Translations under genes and position numbers: made by a program
NCBI GenBank assembly: GCA_965372795.1
Contig: CBDVDR010000010.1
Location: 1 to 64,000 of the forward strand
Reading direction: 5' to 3'
DNA: 64,000 nt
Origin: an uncultured bacterium
GTDB taxonomy: Bacteria > Zixibacteria > MSB-5A5 > GN15 > FEB-12
Part shown: positions 10,301 to 20,226 of the stretch, piece by piece
How the letters are laid out: each line of letters starts with the position of its first letter
Numbering within the stretch: the first letter of the stretch is position 1
Notes under the pieces: model-generated
What the model was told of the DNA's origin: nothing
Database searches by the model: none
What the model saw: the letters and a program-made list of their open reading frames with translations, nothing else

Positions 10301-10764
10301 AAGGGATCGAGATAGATAAACCGCCGGATACTAAACTTGAGATTGACATCGAAACTCATCTTAGCAGTGATTACATTAATATACGACAACAAAAAGTTGA
10401 TATTTATCGCCGGATTGCCGATTCACGAACTCTTGACGATGTTGAAAATATTCGGGATGAAGTTATTGACCGTTTCGGAAGCATGCCTGACTCGGGTGAG
10501 AACTTATTTAACGCCGCCGGTCTTAGGATCGCTGCGGCAATGCTTGAGATTGAAAAAGTTTCGATCAAAAAAGGGAAAGCCAACCTTTTCTTTAAACTAA
10601 GTAGAAATTTGAAACGATCGGAAGTAGAAGCATTGCATAAAAACACAGACTGTCCGATGGAATTTTCAATTCTTGATCGTACACAAATTATTATTAATAT
10701 GACGAGCTACAACAAAAAATTGCAACTGCTTCATCTTCGCTCTCTTTTAGGAAAGGTCGGATAA
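7339..10764 (+). CDS. mfd: Transcription-repair coupling factor
   Basis: UvrB-like N-terminus, RID domain (GDYVVHTDYG), CGDVGYGKT, DEEHRFG, QIRGRVGR and TRG motifs. Confidence 0.97.
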   Translation: MKSTSVFPITNRLESIVERFAAGEAYQNLQNRLQDNNIRKVHVAGLSGSAGSILIKTLSETQNKIILAVTTGPEDANDLFDDLSYLVGTDKVGFFPSRQILPYDFRAPIGEIIGQRISTLSNLLTNKLKIVVCPVRSLIEPTITKELLEQNQIDLQLNIEYDLDNLVNRLIKLGFRRVSVVEEVGDFAVRGGLIDFFSPGSEAPVRVEFFGDEVDTIRHFEVATQRTIKKIDRVALLPKRETPITQESLEKYLDALPEEDADYIRTRYLNDPELPGLEWLSVMFKLPQGCLLDYISQSGIVYFQSEGTIRSEIESIHDEAESLHKRLNKQLISLPKANEYYHQTDQIFSVLENYDQIDKLPFKGGHSDIIDFHCQPHPSFGSRLDLLGDTLKEYVAESITYFIATDTTGQANRMDELIAEKSNLAFTPPIEIADLKSGFVCKSAGVAILTDHEIFSRYHRRVRKKKYKEGVAISDYSNLTKGDYVVHTDYGVARFLGLETLHVDNRNRDCLLLQYANKDKLFVPIEEFNRVSKYSGKDSAPTLTTLGGLAWEKLKIKTKKAIEDMAEELLKLYAQRKSAPGFSFGEDTVWLKQLEASFIFDETPDQLKAINDVKKDMSEERPMDRLVCGDVGYGKTEVAIRAAFKAAEQGKQVAVLVPTTILAQQHYQTFSDRLADFPVRIEMLSRFRTRKEQLKTIDGLAEGKVDLVIGTQRLLSKDVVFRDIGLLIIDEEHRFGVKHKEKLRQIKGNVDTLSLTATPIPRTLHLSLMGVRDMSIINSSPKDRLPIITEITNFDPITIATTILREIDRGGQVFFVHNRVQTIDAMYHYLKKLVPQAEIAIAHGQMHEKSLEGIMLGFLTKRYDVLLCTSIIESGLDIPSANTIIINRADRFGLAQLYQIRGRVGRSSRRAFAYLLTPPIKLLKADAIKRLRAIEAHSDLGSGFALAMRDLEIRGTGTILGTRQSGYIEEIGFDLYNKLLDEAIHNLKGIEIDKPPDTKLEIDIETHLSSDYINIRQQKVDIYRRIADSRTLDDVENIRDEVIDRFGSMPDSGENLFNAAGLRIAAAMLEIEKVSIKKGKANLFFKLSRNLKRSEVEALHKNTDCPMEFSILDRTQIIINMTSYNKKLQLLHLRSLLGKVG

Positions 10765-10765
10765 T

Positions 10766-11299
10766 ATGACCAATAATAATGCCGTAAATATTATAGCAGA
10801 AACAGACCGATTAATAATCCGTACTGTCACCCTTGAGGATGCCACTGATTCTTTTGAAATCTATGGTGACGCCGAGGTCATGAAATTTGTTGATGGTTCC
10901 CCCCCCTATGAAAACATCGAACGGTCAGAGTTAAATCTGAAACGAGGTATGGAGTATCAGAATATTCATGGTATTTCCCACTGGGGAATGATCGAAAAAA
11001 GTTCAAACAAATTTATCGGGCATTGCGGGTTTAATCTTTTTGAAAATGGTCCCGAGTTTGAACTTGTTGCTCATGTTAACAGGAAATATTGGAATATGGG
11101 GTTTGCCACCGAAGCGGCAAAAGCCTGTATCGACCATGCTTTTTCCTGTTTGAATACTCAAACAATTGTCGGACTGGTAGAGCCTGAGAATATTGGTTCG
11201 GTTCGTTTACTGGAAAAACTTAAGATGGTTTATGATTCGGAGGTTGAAGAAGACGGCATCCAACTGAAGCTTTATAAACTTCACAATCCCTCAGAGTAA
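10766..11299 (+). CDS. RimJ/RimL-type GNAT acetyltransferase
   Basis: ETDRLIIR...FIGHCG...YWNMGFATEAA...N.GS.RLLEKL. Confidence 0.85.
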   Translation: MTNNNAVNIIAETDRLIIRTVTLEDATDSFEIYGDAEVMKFVDGSPPYENIERSELNLKRGMEYQNIHGISHWGMIEKSSNKFIGHCGFNLFENGPEFELVAHVNRKYWNMGFATEAAKACIDHAFSCLNTQTIVGLVEPENIGSVRLLEKLKMVYDSEVEEDGIQLKLYKLHNPSE

Positions 11300-11974
11300 T
11301 TTATTTTTCTTTGTTCTGGCCAAAGCCTTTTTGATATAAGCAACCGCATCAGGGGTTTTACAAGATGTATCACCATGGTCAACTTCTACTTTTCCAATTC
11401 TTTTAGCCGCTTCAAAAACTTCTTTTGATAAGTTTGGTCTAAAAACACCAATAGCAATCATCGCCCCATTCATTGCATGTCGGGCTCTGTTTGGTGATGA
11501 ATGAATATCTCTCTCGATGACCCTTAGAATCGACAAACATTCTTTATCAGTAATCTCGGCTTTCTCTTTTAAAAGAGATGCTAAAGTTGCAAACCCGCAT
11601 TGTTTTATAAATTCATTCCTTGATTTAATCCACTTATTCATTCTTGAAATACCGACCTTGCTCTTGGAGAGCAGCCCGGCAAATAAATCGGCGAGTAGAT
11701 AATAATTTATGTCCTTGACCCATTTATCAGCCTGTGAGATTGTGAGGGAGTTTGGATCTGCAATCATAATACCTAATGTTTGGGCATCAGTATTATTAGT
11801 TTCCCAGAGTTTTAAAGCTAAATCATGATTAATTTTAATTTTTTTTCGCAGTTGCCCGAGATTTGAAAAGCTTACACCAAAAAGATTATTACAGGCGCCA
11901 TGCCGTTTGTATATTTTTACATTCTGAGCCGTCCCCATTTTTTTCAGCTCTGCCATAGTCTCTTTAAGATTCAT
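11291..11974 (-). CDS. DNA alkylation repair protein (AlkD-like HEAT repeat)
   Basis: FGVSFSNL..L.KKIK.NHDLALKLW; C-terminal IGKVEVDHGDTSCKTPDA. Confidence 0.8.
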   Translation of the reverse strand: MNLKETMAELKKMGTAQNVKIYKRHGACNNLFGVSFSNLGQLRKKIKINHDLALKLWETNNTDAQTLGIMIADPNSLTISQADKWVKDINYYLLADLFAGLLSKSKVGISRMNKWIKSRNEFIKQCGFATLASLLKEKAEITDKECLSILRVIERDIHSSPNRARHAMNGAMIAIGVFRPNLSKEVFEAAKRIGKVEVDHGDTSCKTPDAVAYIKKALARTKKNKLL

Positions 11975-12130
11975 ATTAATACTCTTTACTATTTTTTATA
12001 TTTATTATTTAACACAACCAATTAACAATTGTTCAAGAATTAATCGCTATGAAATTTAAACTGTACTTGGAATAATCAACTCATGATTTAGTTATTTGAG
12101 ACGCAAGCGGATAATTAAAAAGGGAAATAA

Positions 12131-12718
12131 TTAATTTGAATTTTCCCAGTCTTCCCGGTAGACGATATACAATATAAAGTTAACATCATTCGTAAAATCT
12201 TTCATATGTTCTAGAAATTTATGACAACCCTCTCGAATTTTTCTTCCCCCAACAGCTTCCTGCATTTTGATTGAGGCAATGTTCATCTTGTTAGGATCAC
12301 CTTGAACCCCATGACAATCAGTATTATTAAATAAATATTTGATAAATGCTTTTTTTATTTCAATTCCGTAATGATTGCCCCAATAATCAGGATTCAATTT
12401 AATATCAGTTTTAGCGATGTTGTCTTTATTAGGACGGTCAATTTTGCATTCTCCGATAATGTCACCTGTACTTCTTAGAGTAGCAACCAACACCCGACCA
12501 TATTCATCGCCACTGTAATTGCTCATTTGTTTTTCAATCTGTTCAAAATTCAACTTTAGTCCATTTGGAAAGCCTTGAAAAGTAGTTACTTTAGGATTAT
12601 TCCAAAGTTTGAATAGAAAATTAATATCTTTGTCATCAGTAGTTGCGAATCTGATCAATAAGCGATCAGTATTTATCTGCCATTTATTGATATCAGGAAT
12701 TTGCTTTTGGGGATCCAT
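12131..12718 (-). CDS. RimJ/RimL-type GNAT acetyltransferase
   Basis: TDRLLIR...IIGEC...YWGNHYG...N.ASIKMQEAVG. Confidence 0.75.
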   Translation of the reverse strand: MDPQKQIPDINKWQINTDRLLIRFATTDDKDINFLFKLWNNPKVTTFQGFPNGLKLNFEQIEKQMSNYSGDEYGRVLVATLRSTGDIIGECKIDRPNKDNIAKTDIKLNPDYWGNHYGIEIKKAFIKYLFNNTDCHGVQGDPNKMNIASIKMQEAVGGRKIREGCHKFLEHMKDFTNDVNFILYIVYREDWENSN

Positions 12719-12736
12719 AAAATTTGTCTTAAATAT

Positions 12737-13420
12737 TTATTGTGACTTATTCACCCTATATACAACCATCCATCTTTCCAATGGTTTAAACTCAAAGTAA
12801 TCAACCTCATTGCTGAATTCTTTCAATGTTGATAGCAGGTCATTTTTAGATGGGAAATTTTTTATAACTTCAGAAACAGAGCCATCCGGAAGGGTTCTTT
12901 TGTAGATTCGATTACCGGTTTCATCTTCACCAAAAAACTCTTTTTCAATTTCTACTCGCGGAGTCATGTCGATTAAAATAACTCTACCATCAGCTTTTAG
13001 ATTTGAATGTAAATTAATGAGAAATTCCCTAATGGCTTTTATAGGAATATGTGAGTAAAAATCTGATGCAAAAGCGGTATCGCATTTTTCTTCATTAACA
13101 AATTCATAAGCATCGGCATTTACAAATTTAACGTTACTGTAGTTTTTTAATTTTGTTTTTGCAATCTCAAGGGCGCTATCACTTGAGTCAACGGCTACAA
13201 CCTGTTTGGATCTTTTAGCAAGGACTTCAGTTCAGTTACCGGTTCCACAGGCTATTTCAATTAAATCTTTATTATCAAGAAGTTGCGTTATAATATCAAT
13301 TATCGGTTTTTGATAGCTTTCCATACTTTCATTGGTAGTATAATTCATATATTCATCATGCCAGATCGCACGACGCTCGTAATATGCTTTCATGGTATTT
13401 ATATATTTATCTGATTTCAA
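12737..13420 (-). pseudogene. Class I SAM-dependent methyltransferase interrupted by an in-frame TGA (13232-13234)
   Basis: IEIACGTGN*TEVLAKRSKQVVAVDSS...FVNADAY...SHIP continues in frame into ORF 12737..12967. The stop lies at the usual Trp of CGTG.W. Confidence 0.8.
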
Positions 13421-13585
13421 TTTATAACTCCGGAAAAATTATATATGATCTATAAATACTATGTTACGCTAAACAAGTCAATAGGCGGGAATTTTGATAC
13501 AAAAAATGGAAGAACTATTATAATTATAGTTCTCCCATATTCAATAAATAACAATAGTCAAAAGTTTTACAATTGACTTAAACTT

Positions 13586-14080
13586 TTAGAATGACCAGTT
13601 TACAATCGGGAATATCGGAAATTGACCGCCCTGCTTAATTATATTTATCAGACCGATCTGAAGCCCTTTCATTGTAACCGCATAGTTAACAAGCCCTAAC
13701 TGAAAGCCATTGGCATGATTAGCATAGTTGACAACTCCCCACTGGAATCCCTCAAAATTACCTTTGGTGATATTTACCACTGTGCTTTGAAATCCAAGAT
13801 AATCAGCATCCACAATTCCAACTAAGCCAAACTGGACGCCTTTGGACAATCCGGTTGTCGTATGACTGACCAAGCCCCAGTCAAAGCCGGTTACCGTTGT
13901 ATTGCGACCGTACAGTAAACTAAGGCGAACACCCTTGATAGGACTGCCTTCCGGGACTATTTGGATCGGATTAAACAGCGAGAGCTGGATCGGTTTTTCC
14001 TGGGCGGCTGCCGGCGGGGCTGTGAATATCATTGCGAGGATAAAAATCACGAACAGTAAACCACATTTTTTTAACATCAT
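13586..14080 (-). CDS. Secreted surface repeat protein (GxQxGxVN repeats, LA_2272-like)
   Basis: Signal peptide AAA-Q; repeats GVQFGLVG, GFQWGVVN, GFQLGLVN, GLQIGLIN; C-terminal F. Confidence 0.75.
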   Translation of the reverse strand: MMLKKCGLLFVIFILAMIFTAPPAAAQEKPIQLSLFNPIQIVPEGSPIKGVRLSLLYGRNTTVTGFDWGLVSHTTTGLSKGVQFGLVGIVDADYLGFQSTVVNITKGNFEGFQWGVVNYANHANGFQLGLVNYAVTMKGLQIGLINIIKQGGQFPIFPIVNWSF

Positions 14081-14238
14081 TTACTCCTGTTATCTTTTAT
14101 TGTTAAAGTTACAACTATAAACTAACATGCAATTACAAATTTCAAGTTTTAAAATAAATAAATTATAAATGAATATATTTGATTTTAGATGGTAGATTTT
14201 ATTATATATTATAATAATTAACAAAATTGGGAGCCAAT

Positions 14239-14547
14239 ATGAAAAATGTTTGGGTAAAGAAAATATTGGTATCTATCTTTATATCAATACTAATTGCTAC
14301 AATAGCTTTAATGTTTATTTCAAAACCGCCCGTATGGCTGATTTTTTCAGTGATTTTTAGTTCATTCTGGTTAACTATCACTGTACTAAGACATTCCTAC
14401 AATACGAAATATCTGTGTCCGGCTTGTCGGCATGTTTTTAGAATTTCACCATTATCAGATTTTTTCAGTCCCCAAAGTCCTGAAAAAAAACTGCTTAAAT
14501 GCCGTAAATGCAATACTACTGATTGGTGTAAAGTATTTGACGGTTAA
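14239..14547 (+). CDS. Small membrane protein with C-terminal Zn-ribbon
   Basis: Two TM segments, then CPAC...CRKC. Confidence 0.6.
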   Translation: MKNVWVKKILVSIFISILIATIALMFISKPPVWLIFSVIFSSFWLTITVLRHSYNTKYLCPACRHVFRISPLSDFFSPQSPEKKLLKCRKCNTTDWCKVFDG

Positions 14548-14564
14548 CTTAAAATAAATTAAAC

Positions 14565-15005
14565 TTATGCAAATTCGGTTGGATTAATAATATGGTTGAT
14601 TCGGCTCTTATTAAAATCCAACTGATCTCTTAATTTGATTTCTCGGTAGTAACCGGCATTACCGAACGGATGATGCTGCAAATCATCACGAACCCGAAGT
14701 CGTTCTCTTAAAAGATCAACCAAATCCATATGAGTTTTACAAATCCGATTTAATGTAAATTGGATTCTTTCCAGTTGTTCTTTTTGAGCGACACATTCCC
14801 GATGATTAAAAGTCATTCCATCAATGCAATTTTGGGTATCAAAAATTTGGCGTTTAAGTTTGCTTTCATGTAATAACAGTTGCAGGACATAATGTATCAG
14901 ATTAAGAAACGAATTCTTATCTCGTTTGTTCATTAGTTTCCTCCTGAATTTCAGGATATTTGATTCAAGGGTTTTTAGGCAAAATCTAAGGCTGTCTGAA
15001 TGCAT
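14565..15005 (-). CDS. Hypothetical protein
   Basis: 146-aa ORF, helical/coiled-coil character, no recognised motif; start uncertain. Confidence 0.4.
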   Translation of the reverse strand: MHSDSLRFCLKTLESNILKFRRKLMNKRDKNSFLNLIHYVLQLLLHESKLKRQIFDTQNCIDGMTFNHRECVAQKEQLERIQFTLNRICKTHMDLVDLLRERLRVRDDLQHHPFGNAGYYREIKLRDQLDFNKSRINHIINPTEFA

Positions 15006-15189
15006 TCTTCTCTATATAATTACTACGCAAATAAAACCATTTTGTAGTAATTTATTTTCATCGTAGATAAAAATAACCAAATACTTTTTGAGATTATTAG
15101 TGAGAATTATTCAGCCCCTACATTGGTTAACCATAACCAATATTACCGCAACACGTTAGAACGTAACAATAAAAGAATGAATTATCCAC

Positions 15190-15246
15190 TTGACAATTTA
15201 TAGATATTCAAATAAAATAAGACTAAACTTGTGAAGTTTTTCACTA
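15190..15246 (+). promoter_or_regulatory. Sigma70 promoter followed by a Rex-like operator
   Basis: TTGACA(15190)-N17-TAAAAT(15213). TTGTGAA-GTTT-TTCACTA at 15229-15246 is one mismatch from the Rex consensus TTGTGAA-N4-TTCACAA. Confidence 0.7.
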
Positions 15247-15291
15247 TATGTACCGATTTTGGATGAGTCACTAGCATAAAAGGAGGTCATT

Positions 15292-17181
15292 ATGAATAAT
15301 TTAAAATTAGCATCTGTCTTCATTATAATCATAATTGCTGTTTCTCTGTCTGGCTGTAATATGTGGTCAGGGATGATTAATCAAATGATGCCCGATATTA
15401 ACCAACCCGGCGAAGTTAATTTTGATTCTGATACTCTTACTGCTGATCAATTTGAAATAACAGCTTCAGAACTAAATCAAAATTACACCGATAGTTTTAA
15501 TCATATTAAACGATTCAAAGAAAACAACATTCTCTCCTACAATGGTCCTCAAACTTGTCTTGGCTGTCACCAGGAAATCGAATACAAAGATCTCCAAAGC
15601 GGCGAAACCAAAAAAGTTGATCTGATGACCAATCTCACGACCTCCTCCCACTACCGTTTTTATACAACCGAGCATCCCAATGTTTATGGTTTTAATGGCG
15701 AACTGGCTGACAATTTCCGAATGGGAAAAATCAATCGCCCCTGCCCCAAACCGGGTTCATTTGCCATGACTGCCTGGGCGGCTCAAATTGTTCTGGAGAG
15801 TGGCGACACTTTGTCCGAAGGCTGCGGGCAATGTCATATCGGTGGACAACCGACGGCTCCTCTTGGTGAGATGATGCCGGGCTATACCACTTTGGATGAA
15901 GAAAAAAATGCGATTGACTGTTTAATCTGCCACGCTGTTGCCTATGACATGAATAAGAAACAGGTTGTCGCTGATGATCAGGGTCGCTGGTACTGGGGTC
16001 AGGATCGGTCAATGCGCGCCGCAATGTCGATCACTTCTCCGACTGCCCAAGCCTGTTTGAGATGTCACCAGCATAATTTCGGCGGAGATATTTATATTGA
16101 TGAAAAAGACCCTTCCTATATGGAAAGCCTGACAAACCTTGGTACAACCCGTCCGAGAGTGCAGCATCCGGGAAGTAAACGCGGCACCCCGTACTCACCG
16201 AGTTGGGATGTTCATGCGGCGGCAGGTCTTAGCTGTATCGAATGTCACCAGACTCAGGGGCATTACATCGCCAAGGGAACTCATACGACGACCATGATGG
16301 CTAACGATCTCCCCTACACTGAAGTTGCCTGTGAAAATTGTCATACGTCCGAACCTCATTCTGAAAATGAAGAATTATCAGAATACTATAATAATCATAT
16401 TGAAAAAATCGCCTGTCAAACCTGCCATATTCCAAGTTTGCAGGAAGACAACGCCACCAGACGGGATTTTGCCACACCGATGTATGAAGAACATCCGGGT
16501 ATTCATGTTTATACCGACACCCACAAAGAGACCGAACCGGGCAAAGGGATAATTTATACCTGGTGGAATGGTGACGGCACATTTTTGGGCAACCCAATCG
16601 GTGACAATCCCAATAATAAGAATCTGTTCAAATTTTATAAACCGACTAATATCTGGCCCGAGTTTAAAGATTTTGATTATGATAAATGGTATGAGGAGGT
16701 TATGCGTCCGATAGCCAAAAACGGCAGAGTCTCAAAAATTTATCCGATGAAATTATTCAACGGCCGTCAGCATATTGATTTGCAAAACATCACTCCGTTT
16801 GGCGGGATGTATCTGCCTTACAATCTTCCAACCTATTATACAACCGGTGATCCGGATAAAGCTGCCTCAAAAGAGATGGAACATCCGATGATGGGTATGA
16901 TGTATGGCTGGATGTTTAAATATTACATGATGGATAAATTCATGACCTTCATGGATGCTGATAGTTGGAACATGGATTCGTATGAAGATGCGAAGAATAT
17001 TAAACAGGTGGAACCGCGTTGGATTCCTCAGGATGCTTTGCTTGAGATGAGCCATGCTGTTCGTTTGGAAGGCGCCTTTACTTGTAACCGTTGTCATACG
17101 GCGACTGATGGTGTGATTGATTTCAAAGCTTTGGGCTATGATGCCGAAGAAACTGAATTTTTGCAGGAAGCGAAGTTGTAG
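15292..17181 (+). CDS. Octaheme c-type cytochrome lipoprotein (OTR/tetrathionate-reductase-like)
   Basis: Eight CxxCH motifs (CLGCH, CGQCH, CLICH, CLRCH, CIECH, CENCH, CQTCH, CNRCH); lipobox LSGC; AAGGAGG RBS. Confidence 0.85.
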   Translation: MNNLKLASVFIIIIIAVSLSGCNMWSGMINQMMPDINQPGEVNFDSDTLTADQFEITASELNQNYTDSFNHIKRFKENNILSYNGPQTCLGCHQEIEYKDLQSGETKKVDLMTNLTTSSHYRFYTTEHPNVYGFNGELADNFRMGKINRPCPKPGSFAMTAWAAQIVLESGDTLSEGCGQCHIGGQPTAPLGEMMPGYTTLDEEKNAIDCLICHAVAYDMNKKQVVADDQGRWYWGQDRSMRAAMSITSPTAQACLRCHQHNFGGDIYIDEKDPSYMESLTNLGTTRPRVQHPGSKRGTPYSPSWDVHAAAGLSCIECHQTQGHYIAKGTHTTTMMANDLPYTEVACENCHTSEPHSENEELSEYYNNHIEKIACQTCHIPSLQEDNATRRDFATPMYEEHPGIHVYTDTHKETEPGKGIIYTWWNGDGTFLGNPIGDNPNNKNLFKFYKPTNIWPEFKDFDYDKWYEEVMRPIAKNGRVSKIYPMKLFNGRQHIDLQNITPFGGMYLPYNLPTYYTTGDPDKAASKEMEHPMMGMMYGWMFKYYMMDKFMTFMDADSWNMDSYEDAKNIKQVEPRWIPQDALLEMSHAVRLEGAFTCNRCHTATDGVIDFKALGYDAEETEFLQEAKL

Positions 17182-17217
17182 GGGTGGGGATATAGTAAGA
17201 TTATTGAACAAGAGTTG

Positions 17218-17598
17218 CTATTCCACTATATCACTAACACCATGACCTTTTCTACAATTTATACCTCGACGTTTTGAGTTTGGTCCATAGCTGTAGAGTT
17301 GTGGTTCTATCCTAAGTACTATCTTATCAATTTGCCAGCATATTGGACATATAGCAGTATTGGATTTATCCTTTTTCATTTCATCTTCTATAATCCAGCA
17401 TATTCCCTTTTCATAAATTATCTTTGATTTTAATTCAAGTTGTTTCTTAATATTACTATTTTCTTCTATGACTTTAATATTTTTCTCTTTGATTGTTACT
17501 AATTCTTCTCTTAACGAAGTTATTTCTTCTGCGAGATCAAGCCTATTTGCTTTCTTTAAAATTTCATTTAAGGCTTTAATTGTATCAACATTAATCAT
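17218..17598 (-). CDS. Hypothetical protein (coiled coil plus Cys-rich C-terminus)
   Basis: N-terminal heptads; CPICW...CRKGH; AT-rich. Confidence 0.55.
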   Translation of the reverse strand: MINVDTIKALNEILKKANRLDLAEEITSLREELVTIKEKNIKVIEENSNIKKQLELKSKIIYEKGICWIIEDEMKKDKSNTAICPICWQIDKIVLRIEPQLYSYGPNSKRRGINCRKGHGVSDIVE

Positions 17599-17619
17599 TA
17601 TTTTCCTTTCTTTTTAATT

Positions 17620-18675
17620 CTAGTTATATTTATCTATCTTCATTAGAAAGGCAAACCAACTGCTCTTATCTGCCAAATAAGAGTCAATTGTGTTTACAGT
17701 TTCTCCTGCTTTTAATATAGCTCCTACCACTGGAATATTTGAGACAATTCCAGAAGCTATGTCAAAAGTTAAAGATAAACCTGTTTTATGTTTTCTTTTT
17801 AATTTATCAAACATTTTATTTTTTAGATAAGATTCTATATAGCTTAAATACTTTTCCTTATCATAAAGATTATCAGGATCAGATTTTACCTCTAAGATTA
17901 TACTATTTATAAAATCTCGAAAATCAACCCAAGTTTTATCCATCCGAAGATCTAAAATTTGATCTATTGTTAAATCTTCAATATTTGGAGTTACAAAACT
18001 AAGTAGGCTTTTTGCAGCAAAATCTTTTCCATCTGGGAATGAAGAAATTTCTCGTTGTGAGCTAATACTCTTTTTATTTAATAATTTGGTATGATTATGA
18101 TCGAAAATTATAGAACTTTGTAAAAGTATAGAAGTTACTAAATCAAGATTCAAATTTTGAATAAAACTATCTCTCATAAAAGTGTTTGCGTGCGAATCTT
18201 TAAGTGTAGTTTTATCTCTATGGTTCAAAGTTCTTATGATTTTCTGAGTCTCTTTTGGAAAATTCGATTTATTTTTGATATTTATATACCTTATAAAGTC
18301 ATATTTGCTAAGATCAATTTGATTTAATATCTGATAATAATCAATTTTGAATCTTTCAATTGTTTTCCCTGAATTAATTTCAGTGAATTTCTCAGAATTT
18401 GCAATTGATATTCCTACTGATATATTTCCAGGTTTAATATCTCTATCGTAATCAATGAATCTTTGATCCACAGGAAAAAATCCAGGAGGCCAAAACCATT
18501 CTGGCCCTCCATTTTCAGTGAATTCAGCTATGTAAGTTCCTTCTTCAAATATGATAACATCATAAATTAATAGCGCTATTTTGATACGGTTAACAATTGA
18601 TTGCTGCAATTTATCTGATTGAAACCAACCAATATTTGATCTTAAAGGGAAATATATCGAATTTACATTTTCCAT
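17620..18675 (-). CDS. Hypothetical protein
   Basis: 351-aa AT-rich ORF, in tandem with the 126-aa ORF. Confidence 0.6.
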   Translation of the reverse strand: MENVNSIYFPLRSNIGWFQSDKLQQSIVNRIKIALLIYDVIIFEEGTYIAEFTENGGPEWFWPPGFFPVDQRFIDYDRDIKPGNISVGISIANSEKFTEINSGKTIERFKIDYYQILNQIDLSKYDFIRYINIKNKSNFPKETQKIIRTLNHRDKTTLKDSHANTFMRDSFIQNLNLDLVTSILLQSSIIFDHNHTKLLNKKSISSQREISSFPDGKDFAAKSLLSFVTPNIEDLTIDQILDLRMDKTWVDFRDFINSIILEVKSDPDNLYDKEKYLSYIESYLKNKMFDKLKRKHKTGLSLTFDIASGIVSNIPVVGAILKAGETVNTIDSYLADKSSWFAFLMKIDKYN

Positions 18676-18891
18676 AATACAATCGCAAGCATCGTATATT
18701 GCGCTCCTATCTCTTTATCTCTTAAAACTTTCCTACCACGCGCTTCAAAGATACTCCGATCTACAATTTTAGTCAACCAATCAATTCCATTGCTTGACAA
18801 CCATATTTCACCTGCCCTTCAATAATCTCTTGGAAGAGAACGTATATATATTAGGTTATATTGTGATTATAAATTCGATAACGGGTGCAAA

Positions 18892-19782
18892 ATGAAAAAC
18901 TTTTTAAAACAATTCTGCTTCATAATCAGCCTGTTTGCTATTGTCATCTGTGGATGTGACGACTCGCTTCAAATATTGACCGATGACAGCTCCTCCCCCG
19001 AAACCGAACATAGAGCCAAAACAATCAGAGTCCCCTCCGATGCCAGCAGTATTCAAAATGGAATCAATCAAGCCGGTTTTCTTGACACCATTCTGGTTGC
19101 CGACGGTGAGTATGTTGGATATAATAATTCAGATCTTGATTTTCTTGGTAAAACGATCATCCTCAAATCAGAAAACGGCGCCGGTAAAACATTCATCGAC
19201 TGTCAAGGAAATTCAACCTCGCAGCATCGCGGATTTACCTTTCATAACAATGAAACCGATTCCGCTATAGTTGACGGCTTTACAATTTTGGGCGGCTATA
19301 TCGGCAACGGCGGAGCCGTCTATTGCCTGAATTCCTCGCCTACTATAAAGAACTGTGTTTTCATCGGGAACCATGCGACCGCAAGCGGTGGGGCGATCTG
19401 GTGCAAAAGTGCCCAGCCGAAATTTATTAATTGCACCATTGTAAAAAATTCATCAATGGCGGGGTCGGCGCTGTTTGTCAGTGCGGAAGCAACTCCAATC
19501 CTTGAGAATTGTATCATCGCCTACAATACCGAGAGCCGTTCGGTGTTTGTTCGCACCAATAATTTCCCGGAGTTTCTTTGCAGCAATATTTTTGGCAACC
19601 CGGGTGGTGACTGGTCGGATGAAATTGAGAATCAGCAGGATATCAATAATAACTTGGAGGTTGACCCTCAATTTTGTGATATGATTTCAAATAATTATCA
19701 ACTGCAGGAATCATCAATTTGTACAGCCGAAAACAACAGTTGCAAAACTCTTATCGGAGCCTTGGGTTCTAATTGTAATTAA
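18892..19782 (+). CDS. Right-handed parallel beta-helix lipoprotein
   Basis: Lipobox ICGC; IRVPSD.SSIQ.GI; GGA.yC..SSPTI.NC.F..N repeats. Confidence 0.8.
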   Translation: MKNFLKQFCFIISLFAIVICGCDDSLQILTDDSSSPETEHRAKTIRVPSDASSIQNGINQAGFLDTILVADGEYVGYNNSDLDFLGKTIILKSENGAGKTFIDCQGNSTSQHRGFTFHNNETDSAIVDGFTILGGYIGNGGAVYCLNSSPTIKNCVFIGNHATASGGAIWCKSAQPKFINCTIVKNSSMAGSALFVSAEATPILENCIIAYNTESRSVFVRTNNFPEFLCSNIFGNPGGDWSDEIENQQDINNNLEVDPQFCDMISNNYQLQESSICTAENNSCKTLIGALGSNCN

Positions 19783-19806
19783 AATTATAATTTTATAATA
19801 TTAAGA

Positions 19807-20226
19807 CTATGGATTAGAAACGGATGGGTTTGTGATTTTATAAGGATCAATTTCCTTGATGAGCCAGTTCATAGCTATTTCTTCCCAATCGGGATTAGTC
19901 GAAGCATTTATATATCTTTCCCACTCATAAATGCCTGTCTTTTTTGCAACGATCTTTGTCTGCATCACAGCTATATCAGTAGCTAAAATGAGCACGGAAC
20001 GCTGCATACCGTTTGCTTTGCAAAAAGACTCAACATCTTCAATGATTGGTTTACATTCAGGTGGCAGCAAAACACATTTACGGAGATCTACCAAAACATG
20101 AAATTCGTCATTCAGTTGAGTGACAGCTTCTTTGATTTTCTTCCTCCACATCTGAGTTTCATCCAATCTCATTGGATTTATGAAGGTGAAATGGAATCCG
20201 TAATTTGTTTTTTTCCAATGTATCAT
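19807..20226 (-). CDS. Hypothetical protein, possible STAS/SpoIIAA-like fold
   Basis: FHVLVDLR...G..RS..I pattern; family assignment is tentative. Confidence 0.5.
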   Translation of the reverse strand: MIHWKKTNYGFHFTFINPMRLDETQMWRKKIKEAVTQLNDEFHVLVDLRKCVLLPPECKPIIEDVESFCKANGMQRSVLILATDIAVMQTKIVAKKTGIYEWERYINASTNPDWEEIAMNWLIKEIDPYKITNPSVSNP

